From: Chiloscyllium plagiosum
Lineage: Eukaryota
DNA length: 64,000 bases
NCBI RefSeq assembly: GCF_004010195.1
Contig: NC_057751.1
Coordinates: forward strand, 7,716,137-7,780,136
Direction: 5' to 3'
Shown here: one piece after another, positions 39,216-52,575 of the stretch
Layout: every line of letters begins with the position of its first letter
Position numbering within the stretch: the first letter of the stretch is position 1
Notes under the pieces: model-generated
Database searches by the model: none
Seen by the model: only the letters and a program-made list of their open reading frames with translations
What the model was told of the DNA's origin: nothing
Position numbers and translations under genes: made by a program

Positions 39216-42200
39216 ATTCATCAGGATAGGCTCTTCTCGTTGTCGCGGAGGGTTGTGGAAGCGAAGTCATTGAGTGTATGTAAGACAGAGATCGATAGGT
39301 TCTTGATTAGGTTCTTGTTGTTGGCAGAAGACACAAAATCGGGGGTTGAGAAACATATCAGCCATGAACGAACGGTGATGCAGAACTAACTGATGGGCCG
39401 AATGGCGAAATTCTACCCCATATCTTCTGGTCTTTTGCTATTTATCTTGAGATGCGTCTGTCAACAGCAGGGTCTGCATTCCCCCCCTCCCCATCCCCAA
39501 CAATTGCCCTTGAACCAAATGGCTCACCAGACAGGTTCAGATGGCAGTGAACAGTCAACTGCAGCGCTGTTGATCTAGAATCGGGTGTGGGCCAGATGAG
39601 AGGGAGCACGGCAACGGCAGATTTCTGCCCTGCAAAAGGCAGGGGCGCGGACGCGCCTGGAGGAGGCGTTGAGGCTCAGAACTTTCTGACTCAGGGAGTT
39701 CTGGCGCGTGAGGTCACAGCTGACATCAGAACAAGCTGGAGGAGGATGGTCAAGGGTTGGACGCGAGCCCAGCGCACACCGTGGTGTTTCCCCCCAACTC
39801 TCCCCACCCCCCCACCCACCCCCTCCCCCCAACCAAACACCTCTTCCTCCACCACCCCCGGCCCAAACATGCCTCAGACGCCTCTGCCGCTCCATCCTTC
39901 TGAGGGAAAAGATAAGGCCGTTGGAAAGCAAGCAAACACTGCAAGACACTTGCTGCTGCTCTCAACTGCTGCTTGCAGTGATTTGAGTTAAGTGCTTTTT
40001 TTTCAAACCGCTCATCAGTCAGCTAACAGCTGTCATTGGTAATATGCCAGTGAAATTACTCCTGCCGTTTGCAAGCTGAGGGTCCATCTGTCACTAACAA
40101 GCCTTGCTGCTGCACCAGAAACATTTGCAAAGATCTGGAGGTTTTAACAGGGGTTCCTTTCTCCCCTCCACCCTCCACGGTTTTACTACGTTCTGAGGGA
40201 AACTGGAACATTTCAGCAAACATGGCTCACACCAGGCATCCTTTGACGGCCTGACATGGTTGCATCTGAAGTCTTTCCTTGTTTAACAAGGATGCCTCAG
40301 GGACCAAGTATTGCTGTACAACACAATATCACTTCAGGGCTCTGACACAACCAGTGCCGAGCGTCAGCCGAGAGAACTTCAAAAGCAAACACTCGAAAGA
40401 ACAAATAAGGGCACAGCTCAGTCACCGAAGACACTTGATATTCTGAGGGAATCACCAAGTAAAACAAAGACAAATTGCACAGCAAACCTCAAATACAGAG
40501 GCCAACAGCTGAAGCGGTTTCTCTGCAATCAATCTCTGCACGCTCACGAAGAAAGTGTTGATGGAAATAGGTGCATGTGTCATTTGGTTTATTCAGGCAA
40601 TCAGGCCCAATGCTGTCCAACCTGGGAGATGTGAGAATACATACAGCGGAGGATCAGGCCATTTGAGCCAATGCAACATCATTGCTGTTCATTCTCCACA
40701 ACAGCCTCCACTCCATTCCACCTGCCCCCAGTCAGTCTGCCCCTTCTCTCAAGCATTCATCTCATCGTGTTCGGACAGCATCAATAACTACCTGTAAAGA
40801 AATGCTTCTGTGATTCCCTTTTGGGCTATTATCACCATTGTACTCTAGTTTCTCTTTTACAAGCATGAGTTTCGGACTGCCCATCGGTTCACCTCCCTCA
40901 ACACCTTTGGATGTGATCAATCCTATAATCAAAGAATCAGATAGTCTTTCAACTATGCACCAACAAGTAAACGCTATTCCAAATCCACACCAGTCCCACT
41001 TCCCAGCACTTGCCTCATAGCCTTGAAAGTTATGACATTCTTAAGTGTTCATCTTCGTTGTTATTGAGGTTTCCCACCTCAAGTGCCTTCCCAGGCAGTA
41101 CTTTCCAGATTTCCATATAGGTCAAAAATGTTTTCAAATCCCTTCCCAGACTTCTGTCTGTTATGTTTGAATTATGGCCCCTTTATACTGGACCTTCAAC
41201 TGAGGGGAACAGCTGCTTTCTATCCACCTTGTCCATGCCCCTCATACATCTCAACTCATCCTTCGTCGCTCCAAAGTAAACTACTCATGCTTATCCAACC
41301 TCTCTCGAGGTAAGATGTCCCATCCCAGGCAACATTCTGATCAATCTCTCCAGTACAATCACATCTTTCCTACAGTGAGGCGACCAAAACTGCACGCAAT
41401 ACTCTAGTTGTTGTCTAACCTGTACAGCTCCAACACGACCACCCTGCTCTTACAATGTTTGCCATGTCTGATAAAGGCAAGTGTGCCAAAAGTCTCCTTG
41501 ACTACCCTGTTAACCTGCCCTGCTGCCTTCAGGGATCTTACTGAGACACACAAGATTGTGAATGGAATTGACAAGGTGCATTCTTCACAGATGCTCCCCC
41601 TTGTGGAAGAAACTAGAACCAGGGAACAGTGTCATCTTGACTAAGGTTGGAGTCAATGATTTTCAGGGTCGTTGGGAATGTGAAGTTGGACATGCTAGCG
41701 GTCTTGAGGGGCTGAATGGCCTGCTTCTGATGGCTATCCTTGACTGGACGTACTTAGTGAAATTAAAAAAATAAAGCCTCAATACTTCAAATCCTTGGTC
41801 TGAAGAAATGAGACCTTACTGGTCCTTCGACTGATCACTCATTGAGATTTCGTCCAATATTCTGTTTGGACTCCGCTTCCCCATCTCATGTGCATTCACC
41901 TCTTGTTGCTTGGAGGCCAAAGTTAACTCTTGAATAAAATCAATGACAGAGGATTTACAAACCCACTGGGGCAGAGAGTTCCAAAGATTCACAACCCTCT
42001 GAGTGAAGAGGTTCCTCTCTTGCCTGTACCTCCTGCCAGTCATGATTCCATATGTAGCTTGTGTGCAGACACCAATTGGCTGTGGCCACTCAAGTACAGA
42101 GTATCATTGCCTACCAGTAACCAGAGCAAACCAGCATTCAAATTACACCTGGACTGTTCCTTTGCCGTCACATCCCATTGGAGCCATCCTGCCGATGGCC

Positions 42201-43429
42201 ACAGTTATCTCAGGACATCCTGACACTGTGCAAATTGAGAGGCAGTGGCACGCAGAAATCGTCCAGTTGACCACAGGCTAAGATGAAGTGGCCCCCATGG
42301 AAGTTAAAACAGAGCTGGGCTCCATTCCATGTCATGGGAGGGCTCATGACGATGATATGGCCATCAAACAGCCAACATCGATAGCCACATGGCATCGAGA
42401 CTCCGAGAGATGAAGGGAAGAAAACGTGCCAAGACAGCTGAATCACGTTCTGCATGTAAGAACATAAGGACCTAAGAAAGAGGAGCAGGAGTAGGCCGCC
42501 TGGCCCTTCGAGCCTGCTCCGCCATTCAATAAGATCAGGCTGATCTTTTCGTGGACTCAGCTCCTCTTACCTGCCCACTTGCCGTAACCCTCAATTCCTT
42601 CACTGTTCAAAAATCTATCTATCTTCGCCCTTAACAAGGTAGCCTCAACTGCTTCAGTGGGCAGGGACTTCGATAAATTTACAGCCCTTTGAGAGCAGAA
42701 GATCCTCCTCAACTCTCAGCCTGTATCATCATTTCAGATTCAAGCAATGGTCACTCTCCGATAAGGCAGGGACAGAAATGCATCAGGCTAAGGGAAGGGA
42801 TCGTCTCCTTGCTGGGAGTAGCCTCAACAGATCAAACACCAATGTCCAGACCTCATGGGACTTCACAACAATCATGGGTTTGATTCTTGGTTCACAATAC
42901 GACTGACGGAGGTTTAAATCGAAGCCCTATTTCTGTTTAATTGCCTTGCACCAGACTTCAGCTTACGGTACACTCTCCCTTTTGGCTAGAATACACAATC
43001 AGCACTTGTATGCTGAACAAAATGCTTGTGAGTTATCTGACTGAGGATGCCACAAGATTGATTAATCTTAGCCTCTCTGATCTGACAGCTGATTTATGGA
43101 ATGCAAGGCCAAGATAAATTGAACATGGTTGCACAGCAGAGCTGGTGTGAGGTCAAAGAGGGGTCTCCGCATATCACAAGTCTATTCTGCCTGCAGAGTT
43201 TCAATGAACATTAACAGCTTCTTACTGCCAAACAGAAATTAACTCGAAGGCTTTATGAATTTGAGGCCAGAATAAGAAGGATATTCGTTGATCTTCCAAC
43301 TGAATTTTTTAATGACAGCTTTGAGCCACACTGACTCAAATCACTGAGTTACATTCTGCAGCACCACAGAAAAGGTGACCAAGTTTTGGCAATCATATAA
43401 ATCTGTCAAATTAAAATCTCTCTCTGATT

Positions 43430-43832
43430 ACACACAGAATAAAGTCCCCTCCACACTGTCTCCAGCAAACAGTCCCAGGAGAGGGAGAGCATGTGGTTAG
43501 AAACAGAGTAAACCTGCCTTTCCACTCCAGGACAGCTACAACATGAGTAAAGCTCCCTCTACACCAGTCCCATCAAATACTTCCAGGAAATGACCAGCAT
43601 GGGGTGTGATACAGAGTAAAGCTCCCTCTACACCAGTCCCAACAAATACTCCAGATCAGGTACAGCACGGGGTTACATAGAGAGTAAACTCCCTTAATAC
43701 TGTCCCCATCAAACACTTCCCGACAAGTACAGCACAGGTTAGATACTGAGTAATGCTCCCTCTCTGCACTGTCCCCATCAAACACACACAGGAAAAATAC
43801 AGCACGGGGTTTGAGAGAGAGAGTAAAGCTCT
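43430..43832 (+). repeat. Degenerate ~68-bp tandem array
   Basis: Unit approx. gggttagatacagagtaaagctccctctacactgtccccatcaaacactcccaggacaggtacagcac; gagtaa recurs at 43545, 43614, 43682, 43748. Confidence 0.85.
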
Positions 43833-44124
43833 TTTTACAGGTGGTGTTCAGATTTAGCGAGGACCGCACTGAAGTTTCACAGTGAGGCCTGAACCTACAA
43901 CTTGCTGACTCGGAGCTAAAACAAATCCCCAACGGCTCAAAAGCAAGTCCGATGCAGAATGTGCAGAACTGACTGGAACAGTGGCCCAGATTGTAAGGCA
44001 GCGGGGTCATCCCATTAACTGCAGGATAAGTCAATTACAATCATGACACCTGTAATGTACCATCTTGGCTGACTGGAAATTACTTGAGCGTCTCAACCAC
44101 CCGCAGTTTGTGCATTTCAAAACT

Positions 44125-44730
44125 TAGAACATAAGAACCAGGAGCAGGAGTAGGCCAGCCGGCCCTTCGAACCTGCTCCACCACTCAATAAGGTCATGGC
44201 TAATCTTTTCGTGGACTCAGCTCCACTTACCCGCGTTTTCACCATTTCCCTTAATTCCTTTATTTTTCAAAAAGTATCTACCTTAGCTTTAAAAGTGATT
44301 ACTGACGTAGTGTCAACTACTTCCCTGGGCAAGGAATTCCATAGATTAACAACCCTCTGGGTGAAGAAGTTCCTTCTCAGTTAAGTTCTTAACCTGCTCC
44401 CTCTAATCTTGAGGCCATGCCCTCTTGCCCTGGTCTCGCCTACCAGTGGAAATATCTTATCTGTTTCTATTTTATCTATTCCCTTCATAATTTTATATGT
44501 TTCTATAAGATCCCCCCTCATTCTTTTGAATTCCAATGAATATAGAACATAGAACAGTACAGCACAGAACAGGCCCTTCAGCCCACGATGTTGTGCCAAC
44601 CACTGATCCTCATGTATGCACCCTCAAATTTCAGTAACAAATCCCAATCTACTCAGTCTCCCCTCATAAGCCAACCCCCTCAACTCCAGAACCAACCTAG
44701 TGAACCTCCTACGCACCCGCTCCAGTGCTA
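44125..44730 (-). mobile_element. CR1 3' end with a nested short insert at ~44543-44632
   Basis: RMRGDLIETYKIMKGIDK on the minus strand. Confidence 0.85.
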
Positions 44731-46149
44731 TAGATCCTTTTTCCCTCTAAATTCATTAAAGTCAAAGTAACAGAGAATAGTTGTGATGTTCCCATGACAG
44801 TACTTTTTCATAGTATTACATAGGATGGACTTCAGAATAACCAAGCACAGTTTATTACACCACTTAGCTCAAAGCAAATAAAGCTCTCCTGTACTAATCC
44901 CTCTGAAGAATATATCTTGCTTCATTGATATTGATGCTGAGAAACAAATGTTTTATGAATCCCTTCAACGTAAATTCAATTAGCCTGCACTGACTCCCAG
45001 GGGACTTAAGAGGCTGGCCAGACAGCAAGTAAAATTCACTGCAGAAATATGTTCCCCACCAGATAGAAAACAGTCACTATTGTAGAGTTTTACAACTTGC
45101 CAATTTGACTTGGGATCTAACACTCCAAGAAACCGATGCCATTAGGCTGTAGGCATTGTTAAATGGGTCCCAAGCCAGATGACAAAACATGAATCTCAAC
45201 ACAAATCCTTTAGTTGCAGACTGCAGGGCTGCATATCTTTGCCTCCTATCTACAAACTAAACTACAATTTTAGCAATCCCGATGCACATCTGCTCGATAT
45301 ACGTAATGAATAAAAACCCCTGCAGGTTTATCAACCAGTCCAACAGCATCATTAATACAGCATTCCCTAAGATCTCAATCACTCCAAATGTTTCTGCTCG
45401 TTGCTTTCTTCATGGTGACTCAAGACAAACCGGGAGTCCAAAGTGATAAACAGCAGGAGCTTTATTTTAGAGACTTAAGACCTTTCTCTTGGTCCTACAC
45501 TCACCTCCCCAACCTCGGACCTGTCATAATAAAGGTTCCCTTCAGCAAATGAACCCATTTACCCCTCACATTGTCTGCACTGTGGCTGAAATAACACCAG
45601 AGGGGCTGGTATCCTGTCACCAAGTCAACTTTTATATACACATGGACTCTGACCAGTTAGCTCAGAGCCAGCTCTTAGAGTGAGCACAACCTCTGACACT
45701 CCTGCTTATTTCTTTTCTTATTTTATTAAACAGTGAAAAATACAGTTGACAATGAACAGAAAGCAACAGTTCACAAAAAAATCCCACTGTATACAGGGGC
45801 AAGGGCAGCAAAGCCGAACCCCAAACCCCAACATTCAACCAGTTTTCAGGGAGATGAGGACAAACCTCAAGTCCCACTTTCAGCCAAAGGTAACAGTAAC
45901 AAACACAGACAAGACAGTGTAATCAAATGAGAAACAGTGCATAGAACAGATCCTCCTGTTTCTATCTGTCAGCCAGGGTTTCCTGATTGTACCAGCTTAA
46001 CAGTATTGACTTACTCTCAACGTTCCCTGTGTCTGCCGAACTCTTCCCCTTGCCCTATCTGGGCTCTGTCTCCATCTGTCTGCTCACTCCTTTACACCCC
46101 TCCACCTATCTCTGTCATCAAGATAGGTTCTACCTTTTCTCAAAGATGC

Positions 46150-46285
46150 TATCGCATCTGAAGAAGCATCACTGGACTCAAAACATTAACTCTGTTCCTC
46201 CACAGATGCCACCCGATCTGCTGAGTTTCTCCAGCAATTTCTGTTTTTCCTTCGAATTTCCAGCATCCGCAGTTCTTTGTTTCAT
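46150..46285 (+). mobile_element. PLE tail (family C) with degenerate CTGAAGA-type hammerhead
   Basis: CTGAAGAagcatcactggactcAAAACATTaactctg...ctgctgagtttctccagcaatttctg. Confidence 0.55.
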
Positions 46286-46390
46286 TCATTCTGGAGGTGT
46301 TCACTGTGCAGGAAGCAAGGTCAGAGAGAGCTGTTTCCCAACCAGAACCACCAATGACATTACTATAACTCCTTGCGGGTGCCAGAGTGA

Positions 46391-46463
46391 GCTCAGATAG
46401 CTTAGTTGGCAGACCATCACACTTTTAAGCTGAGGGTCCAAGGTTCAAGTCCCTGTTCAGGCA
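46391..46463 (+). pseudogene. tRNA-Lys(UUU) pseudogene
   Basis: 73 nt, colinear with vertebrate tRNA-Lys-TTT as recalled (about 11 substitutions); CTTTTAA anticodon loop, GGTTCAAGTCC T-arm; acceptor and anticodon stems mismatched. Confidence 0.85.
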
Positions 46464-46477
46464 TAGCTTTAAAGGTT

Positions 46478-46815
46478 GGCGCACAAGCTCAGTTGTTAGC
46501 ACTGCTGCCTCACAGCGCGAGGGACCTGGGTTCGATTCCAATCTCGAGTGATTCTCTGTGTGGCGTTTGCACATTCTCCCCGTGTCTGTGTGGATTTCCT
46601 CCGGGTTCCGGTTTCCTCCCACAGTCCAAATGTGTGCAGGGTAGGTAGATTGGCCGTGAGAAATTGCTCGTACTCAACAGGGTAGATGGATTAGCATTGA
46701 GAAATGCAGGGTTACATGGATAGGGTAGGGGTGGGTGTGGGTAGGATGCTCTTTGGAGCATTCGGTGTGAACTCGATGGGTCAAATGGTTTGCTTCCACA
46801 CTGTAGGGATTCTAA
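46478..46815 (+). mobile_element. HE1-like SINE
   Basis: Head, V-domain, tail. Confidence 0.88.
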
Positions 46816-47087
46816 CTTTCCTTGTATCCTGCAATTGGACTCTTAAAGTGACAGTCCACCATAATTCCTAAATCCAAAACAACTGGACTAAGAGTCTACT
46901 GGCAATATCAGCATCTGATGCACATCCTGATTGATCCTTTAAAGGGCAGTTAAGAAGTCATCACATTGTTGTGGCTCTTGCCTCAAACAGAGGACAGGCT
47001 AGGTAGGTGTCCTCAACTAGATTACATTCGTGAACCAGGCAGGCTTTTATTACAATCTACAAGAGATTTGTGATCACCATGAGGGAG

Positions 47088-47442
47088 GTGGCACAGTGGC
47101 TCAGTGGTAAGCACTGCTGCCTCACAGCACCAGGGACCAGGTCCAATCCCACCTTCGGGCGATTCCCGGTGTGCAGTTTGCACACTCTCCACGTGGGTGC
47201 GAGGGTTTCCGCCAGGTGCTCCAGTTTCCTCTCTCAGTCCAGAGATGTGCAGCTTAGGTGCAGTGGCCATGGGAAATTGCAACGTAATGTCCAGGGATGT
47301 GCAGGCAAGGTGGGTTAGCCGTGGGGAATGCAGGGCTACAGGTGAAGAGTAGGGGAGTGCGTCTGAGTTGGGAGGCTCCTGGTCACGTTGTTATGGACTC
47401 CCTGGGCCAATTGGATTGCTTCCACACTGGAGAGATTCTATG
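47088..47442 (+). mobile_element. HE1-like SINE, older
   Basis: ggcacagtggctcagtggtaag head and degenerate V-domain. Confidence 0.82.
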
Positions 47443-47779
47443 ATCATTGGAGTTGGGCTTTCATATTCCAGATTTGTTGGTTGAGTTGAAATCCCACCAG
47501 TACCAATGTCCCCAAGAGTGCGAGCTTGAGTCTTTGGATTATGAGTCCAGCGGCAAGACCAAGAGTCCCTGCTCTCTCCATCGAAGGTGAAACTCCAAGG
47601 TTTGAGCTTGTGAGGAGAAGTTCACCTTGCACTCAGTCACATGTGAAACCCTCCCACAGGCAGGTCTGCATTCTCAAAGGATGTAACAAGCTGACAGCAC
47701 CTCACCCAGTGAGGAACCCCTTTCCCTGTATGCTTGCAGTAGCAGCTCTCGAGATACAACTGCATGCTGACTTAATAGA

Positions 47780-48420
47780 AAACACGAGGAGTAGGCCATT
47801 CGGCCCGTTGAGCTTGTTCCACCATTCAATATGATCATGGCTGATCATCCAGTCAGTGTCTAAGTTCTGCTTTCTCTCCATATGCTTTGATCCCTTTAGC
47901 CCCAGGAACCATATCTGTCTCCTTCATGAAAATATTCAATGTTCTACATAAAAACATAGAAGATAGGAGCAGGAAGAGGCCCTTTGGCCCTTCAAGCCTG
48001 CTGTGCCATTTGTCACAATCATCCAACTCAATACCTTAATCCTGCATTCTCCCCATAACCTTGGATCCCATTTGCCCCAAGTGCTATAACTAGCTGCCTC
48101 TTGAATATATTCAAAGGTTTGGTATTGACTACGTCCTCTGGTAATGAATTCCACAGGCTCACCGCTTTTGGGTGAAAAAATGATTCCTCACCTCCGTCCT
48201 AAATGGTCCACCCAGAATCCTCAGACTGTGACCCCTGGATCTGGACGCACTCACCAATGGGAACATCCTCCCTGCATCGACCCTGTCTAGTCCTGTAAGA
48301 ATTTTGTAAGTTTCTATGAGATCCCCCTCATCCATCTGAACTCTAGCGAAAACAATCCTAACATGGTCAATCTCTCTTCATATGTCAATCCCGCCGTTCC
48401 TCCTGTGACAGAGAACTCCA
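47780..48420 (-). mobile_element. CR1 3' fragments (two tandem ends)
   Basis: Two ggccattcggccc/ggccctttggccc tails; RGDL.ETYKIL-type sequence on the minus strand. Confidence 0.75.
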
Positions 48421-48459
48421 CAGGCTTATGTTAAGATTCTTGCTTGTGCGGATGAGCAG

Positions 48460-49120
48460 TGTCCATGTACATAGATCCCTGGAAGTTGCTACACAGGTTG
48501 ATAGGACTGTTAAGAAGGCATGTTAGCTTGCATTGACAGGGGATTAAGTTTTGGAGTCACGAGGTCATGTTGCAGCTGTACAAAACTCTGGTGCGGCCGC
48601 ACTTGGAGTATTGAGTACAGTTCTGGTCGCCGCATTATAGGAAGGATGTGGAAGCGTTGGAAAGGGTTAGGAGGAGATTTACTCGGATGTTGCCTGATAT
48701 GGAGGGCAGTCTTATGAGGAAAGGCTGAGGGATTTGAGCCTGTTTTCGTTACAGAGAAGAAGGTTAAGAAGCGACTTAATAGAGGAATACAAGATGATCA
48801 GGGGATTAGATAAGGTGGACAGTGAAAGCCTTTTTCCTCAGATGGTGATGGATAGCATGAGGGGACACAGCTTTAAACTGAGGGGTGACAGATATAAGAC
48901 AGTTGTCAGAGGTAGTTTCTTTACTCAGAGAGTAGGTGGGGCGTAGAACTGCCTGCAACAGTAGTGGACTCATCAATTTTAAGGGCATTTAAATGGTCAT
49001 TGGATAAACATATGGATGAAAATGTAGGTTAGGTAGGCTTCAGATTGGTTTCACAGGTCGGCGCAAGATCGAGAGATATTGGGGCTGTTTTGCACTGTCA
49101 TGTTCCATGATCTATGATCT
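48460..49120 (+). mobile_element. CR1 3' fragment
   Basis: RRRLRSDLIEEYKMIRGLDKVD..FFTQRV; ctatgat tail. Confidence 0.88.
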
Positions 49121-49398
49121 ATATTATTCTCCGCCCCCCCCAACACCATGCAGGGATCTGAACTCACACCTCATGACTATTAGCTGAATAACAAGTGCCC
49201 CATGAGGAGATAACTCTCAGGATTGGCAACAAAATTTGCTCAACTCAAACAACGACAGAAAAAGTTGTAATTTCCTTTTTACTGCCTCTTTGCAACAAAC
49301 CCATAAACCCTCGTGTGGTAATCAACACTGGGGAGAAAACAGTTTAAACCCATTAACAGACCTTTCAGAATGGAAAGATTAAGAGCATTCACAAACTT

Positions 49399-49620
49399 GG
49401 ACATCAGAATGGAGAGAGTGTGGTGCTGGAAAAGCACAGCTGGTCAGGCAGCATCCGAGGAGCAGGAGAATCGAAATTTTGGGCATAAGCCCTTCATCAG
49501 GAATGAGGATGCACAAAACGTCACTTTCCCTGCTCCTCGGATGCTGCATGACCTGCTGTGCTTTTCCAGCACCACACTCTCGACTCTGATGTCCAGCATT
49601 TGCAGTCCTCACTTTCTCCC
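49399..49620. mobile_element. Palindromic PLE-tail mini-element (family B)
   Basis: gagagtgtggtgctggaaaagcacagc..gcatccgaggagcagg is mirrored by cctgctcctcggatgc..gctgtgcttttccagcaccacactctc; degenerate minus hammerhead at 49470-49503. Confidence 0.78.
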
Positions 49621-50400
49621 AAATACAGACATCAGCCAAGTAACATATCAAATGATAAACCTGGAACATGACTTTTTTTTTCCTGCTTTGAATTATGAAT
49701 GCTCCAAGGTGCAGATAAAACACAACAAACTAATTTCAATCAGCGAATGATTTCAAGCAATTACTTTGAGGGGTATAATTAGATAGAAATGTTAATTCTG
49801 CTAATTGAGACAAGTTACAGGCCTGGAGATAAACCAGTGCAAAAGGAATGTGCACATTATTATGGCTCCAGGAACATCACAGAAAATCTACTTACTCACC
49901 CTGAAGAATAAGATCCAGAAATAACTTAGCTCCTTACCACCTGCAAGGGTGCTGTTGGATTTCAGCTGGAGCTTGCAGTGTTGAGACAGAAGATGTTTCA
50001 TTTGGCACATTGTTAATGGTTGACAGAGGATATTTTGATTTCACTAGACAACGTGACAGTGAATTCAAGATTTAGAATGACAACCCGCCTTCAAACAGAG
50101 CTTTGCAAACATAGTGAAAAGCAACAAGGCAAAACACTGCAGCTGGCGGAAATCTGAAACAAATGCAGAGAACTCTGGGGGAACCCAACTGGTCCCACAG
50201 CAACCATTATTAGCCACCCTTTTATTCTCAGGAACATGCCCTCTGGTCTGAGACTCAACATTCCATTAACCTTCCTGAGTACGTGCTCCATCTGTTTGTT
50301 CACTGTGTTTTGTATGTGCATGAATACCTCCCAAGTCCCTTTACTCCATGTGCCAACATTTTGGCCACTTACTTAACACATAAACATCTCTCTGTAAACT

Positions 50401-51955
50401 TGATTTGGAGATGCTGGTGTTGGACTGGGGCAGACAAAGCTGAAAATCATACAATACCAGGTTATAATCCAACAGGTTTATTTGGAAACACTAGCTTTCG
50501 GAGCGCTGCTCCTTCATCAGGTGGTTGTGCAGCAGAACCATACGATGTTGGTAGTGGTGGTATCCATGTCAACACGCGAGTCTGTCTCCTGAGGAGGTCA
50601 TTCGCTCACAGCGAGAAACTGTAATGATGTCCTCAGGGAGAAAGACATGAGCTGCAACCGATAGGGTACTCTTCAATGTCCAGTACTTGCTGGGAGCTGA
50701 AAAACTATGCCATGTTTGTCGCAGCCTTCAGCACATTATCAATAAGGATGAGCACCTCGCCAAGACCTTCACCACGCCTGCACTTCTTGCCTTTAAACAG
50801 CCACCAAACCTCAAACAGATCATTGTTCACAGCAAACCGCCTGACACAACCCTGTCACGGCAGAGTGTTGACACGGACACCACCATTACACGTGGGGATA
50901 CCACCCACCATGCACGCAACAGGTACTCATGTGACTCGGCAAACATGGTCTCTCTCATACGCTGCAGGCAAGGATGCCCTGAGGCCCTGGTACATTGGCA
51001 AGACCAAAAAGAGACTATGGCAACGGATGAATGGACAACGCACAACAATCAATAGCCAGGAGTGTTCCCTCCCAATTGGAGAACACTTCAGTGGTCTGGG
51101 ACATTCGGCCTTGGACCTTCGGGTGACCATCCTCCAAGGCGGACTCTGGGACAAGCAACAAAGCAAAATGGCTGAGCAGAAGCTGATAGCCAAGTTCCAT
51201 ACCCATGGGGATGGTATCAACTGGGACCTTGGGTTCATGTCACAATACAGGTGACTCCACTGCACTATATGCTCCTTCACATACTCGTGCACACAATATA
51301 CATACATACACACGCACACACACCCAGACCCACACGGTGACGCAGATCATCTCTCATACACAAGGTCTCTCTGATAGGCTCACACATACTCCCTCCACAC
51401 TCACACCCTCTCACAGATTTATTCCCCATTACACACATCACATACACAGACACACACACTCACAATCACACCCGCACACCCACTCAGTCTCCCCTGCACT
51501 GACACACATCTAAGTTTATGGGGTGAATTTGTACTTGCAGAATTACATTTATTTTGCTCAAAAACTGCAGAAACTCATGTAAGATTTTGCAAAACCCACT
51601 TTTTAGAAATAGAATCAGTCTGACCTAACATTGGGACCCAGACAGACTTTAACCTCACACCTTTAATGCATTATCTGAGCTGAGCTGTTCAAGCTATCTT
51701 GAGAATGTAACTTTACAAATGTTCTGGATTTACTTATGAAGGAACATAAACTAACATGATCATTCTAAAAGATGAAAGACTTAAGCTAAATTTGTTTAAC
51801 ATTACATCCCACGACACTGCAATCCTGTTGCTATAAATTCTGTGTCTTATGATCATGCTTCACAGATATCTGATGAAAGAGCAGCGCTCCAAAAGCTAGT
51901 GCTTCCAAATAAACCTGCTGGACTATAACCTGGTGTTGTGCAATTTTTAACTTGA
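50401..51955 (+). mobile_element. 5'-truncated Penelope element (family A) with inverted 5' tail
   Basis: Inverted tail 50401-50525; GIY-YIG region WYIGKTK..RMNG..HF..EQKLIAKF..GIN at ~50930-51254; CA-rich UTR; TSD tctc(t/a)gtaaact at 50389-50400 and 51956-51967. Confidence 0.9.
50489..50523 (-). ncRNA. Intact minimal hammerhead motif (family A)
   Basis: Reverse complement cac-CTGATGA-a-ggagc-agc-gctcc-GAA-AGCT-A-gtg: stems I and II perfect, palindromic stem III. Confidence 0.75.
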
Positions 51956-52224
51956 TCTCAGTAAACTATTTGCATCCCTCTCGCAACCTGCCTTGCTTTT
52001 AGTGCTGTCTACAAATTTAGCTACAAGAAACTCTTTCCTTTATACCAGTCATCAATCCATATTGTAAATGGTCGCAGTTCCAGCACTGATCCCCAAGCAA
52101 ACTCACAGGTCATGGGTTACCAAACTGAAAATGAAACCCTTATCCTCTCTTACTGTTTCCTGCCCAAAAGCCAATTCTTTATCCATGCCAATACACTACC
52201 TCCAACAGCATGGGCTTTTGTTGT

Positions 52225-52575
52225 AGAATCCCTACAGTGTGAAAGCAGGCCATTCGGCCCATCAAGTTCATTTGAACCCACCAAAGAGCAATCCAACCAA
52301 ACCCACCCCCACCAACCTTATCCCTTTAACTCTGCATTTCCCATGGTTAACCCACTTCACCTGCATATCCCTGAATGCTGTGGGCAATTTAGGATGGCCA
52401 AACCACCTAAGCTGCACATCTTTGGACTGTGGGTGGAAACTGCCAGCACCTGGAGGAAATCCAAGCAGACAGGCGCAGAATGTGCAAACTGCAACAGACA
52501 ATCGCCTGAAGGTGGAATCGAACCCAGGTCCCTGGTGCTGTGAGGCAGCAGTGCTAACCACTGAGCCACTGTGCC
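52225..52575 (-). mobile_element. HE1-like SINE inside a decayed CR1
   Basis: Head, V-domain and tail on the minus strand. Confidence 0.85.

Noticed and set aside
43430..43832. Regular repeats as a CRISPR-like array
   Set aside because: Units are homologous over their whole length with no unique spacers, and the context is vertebrate
45570..46012. Possible LTR fragment interrupted by a LINE tail
   Set aside because: Termini and TSD could not be defined
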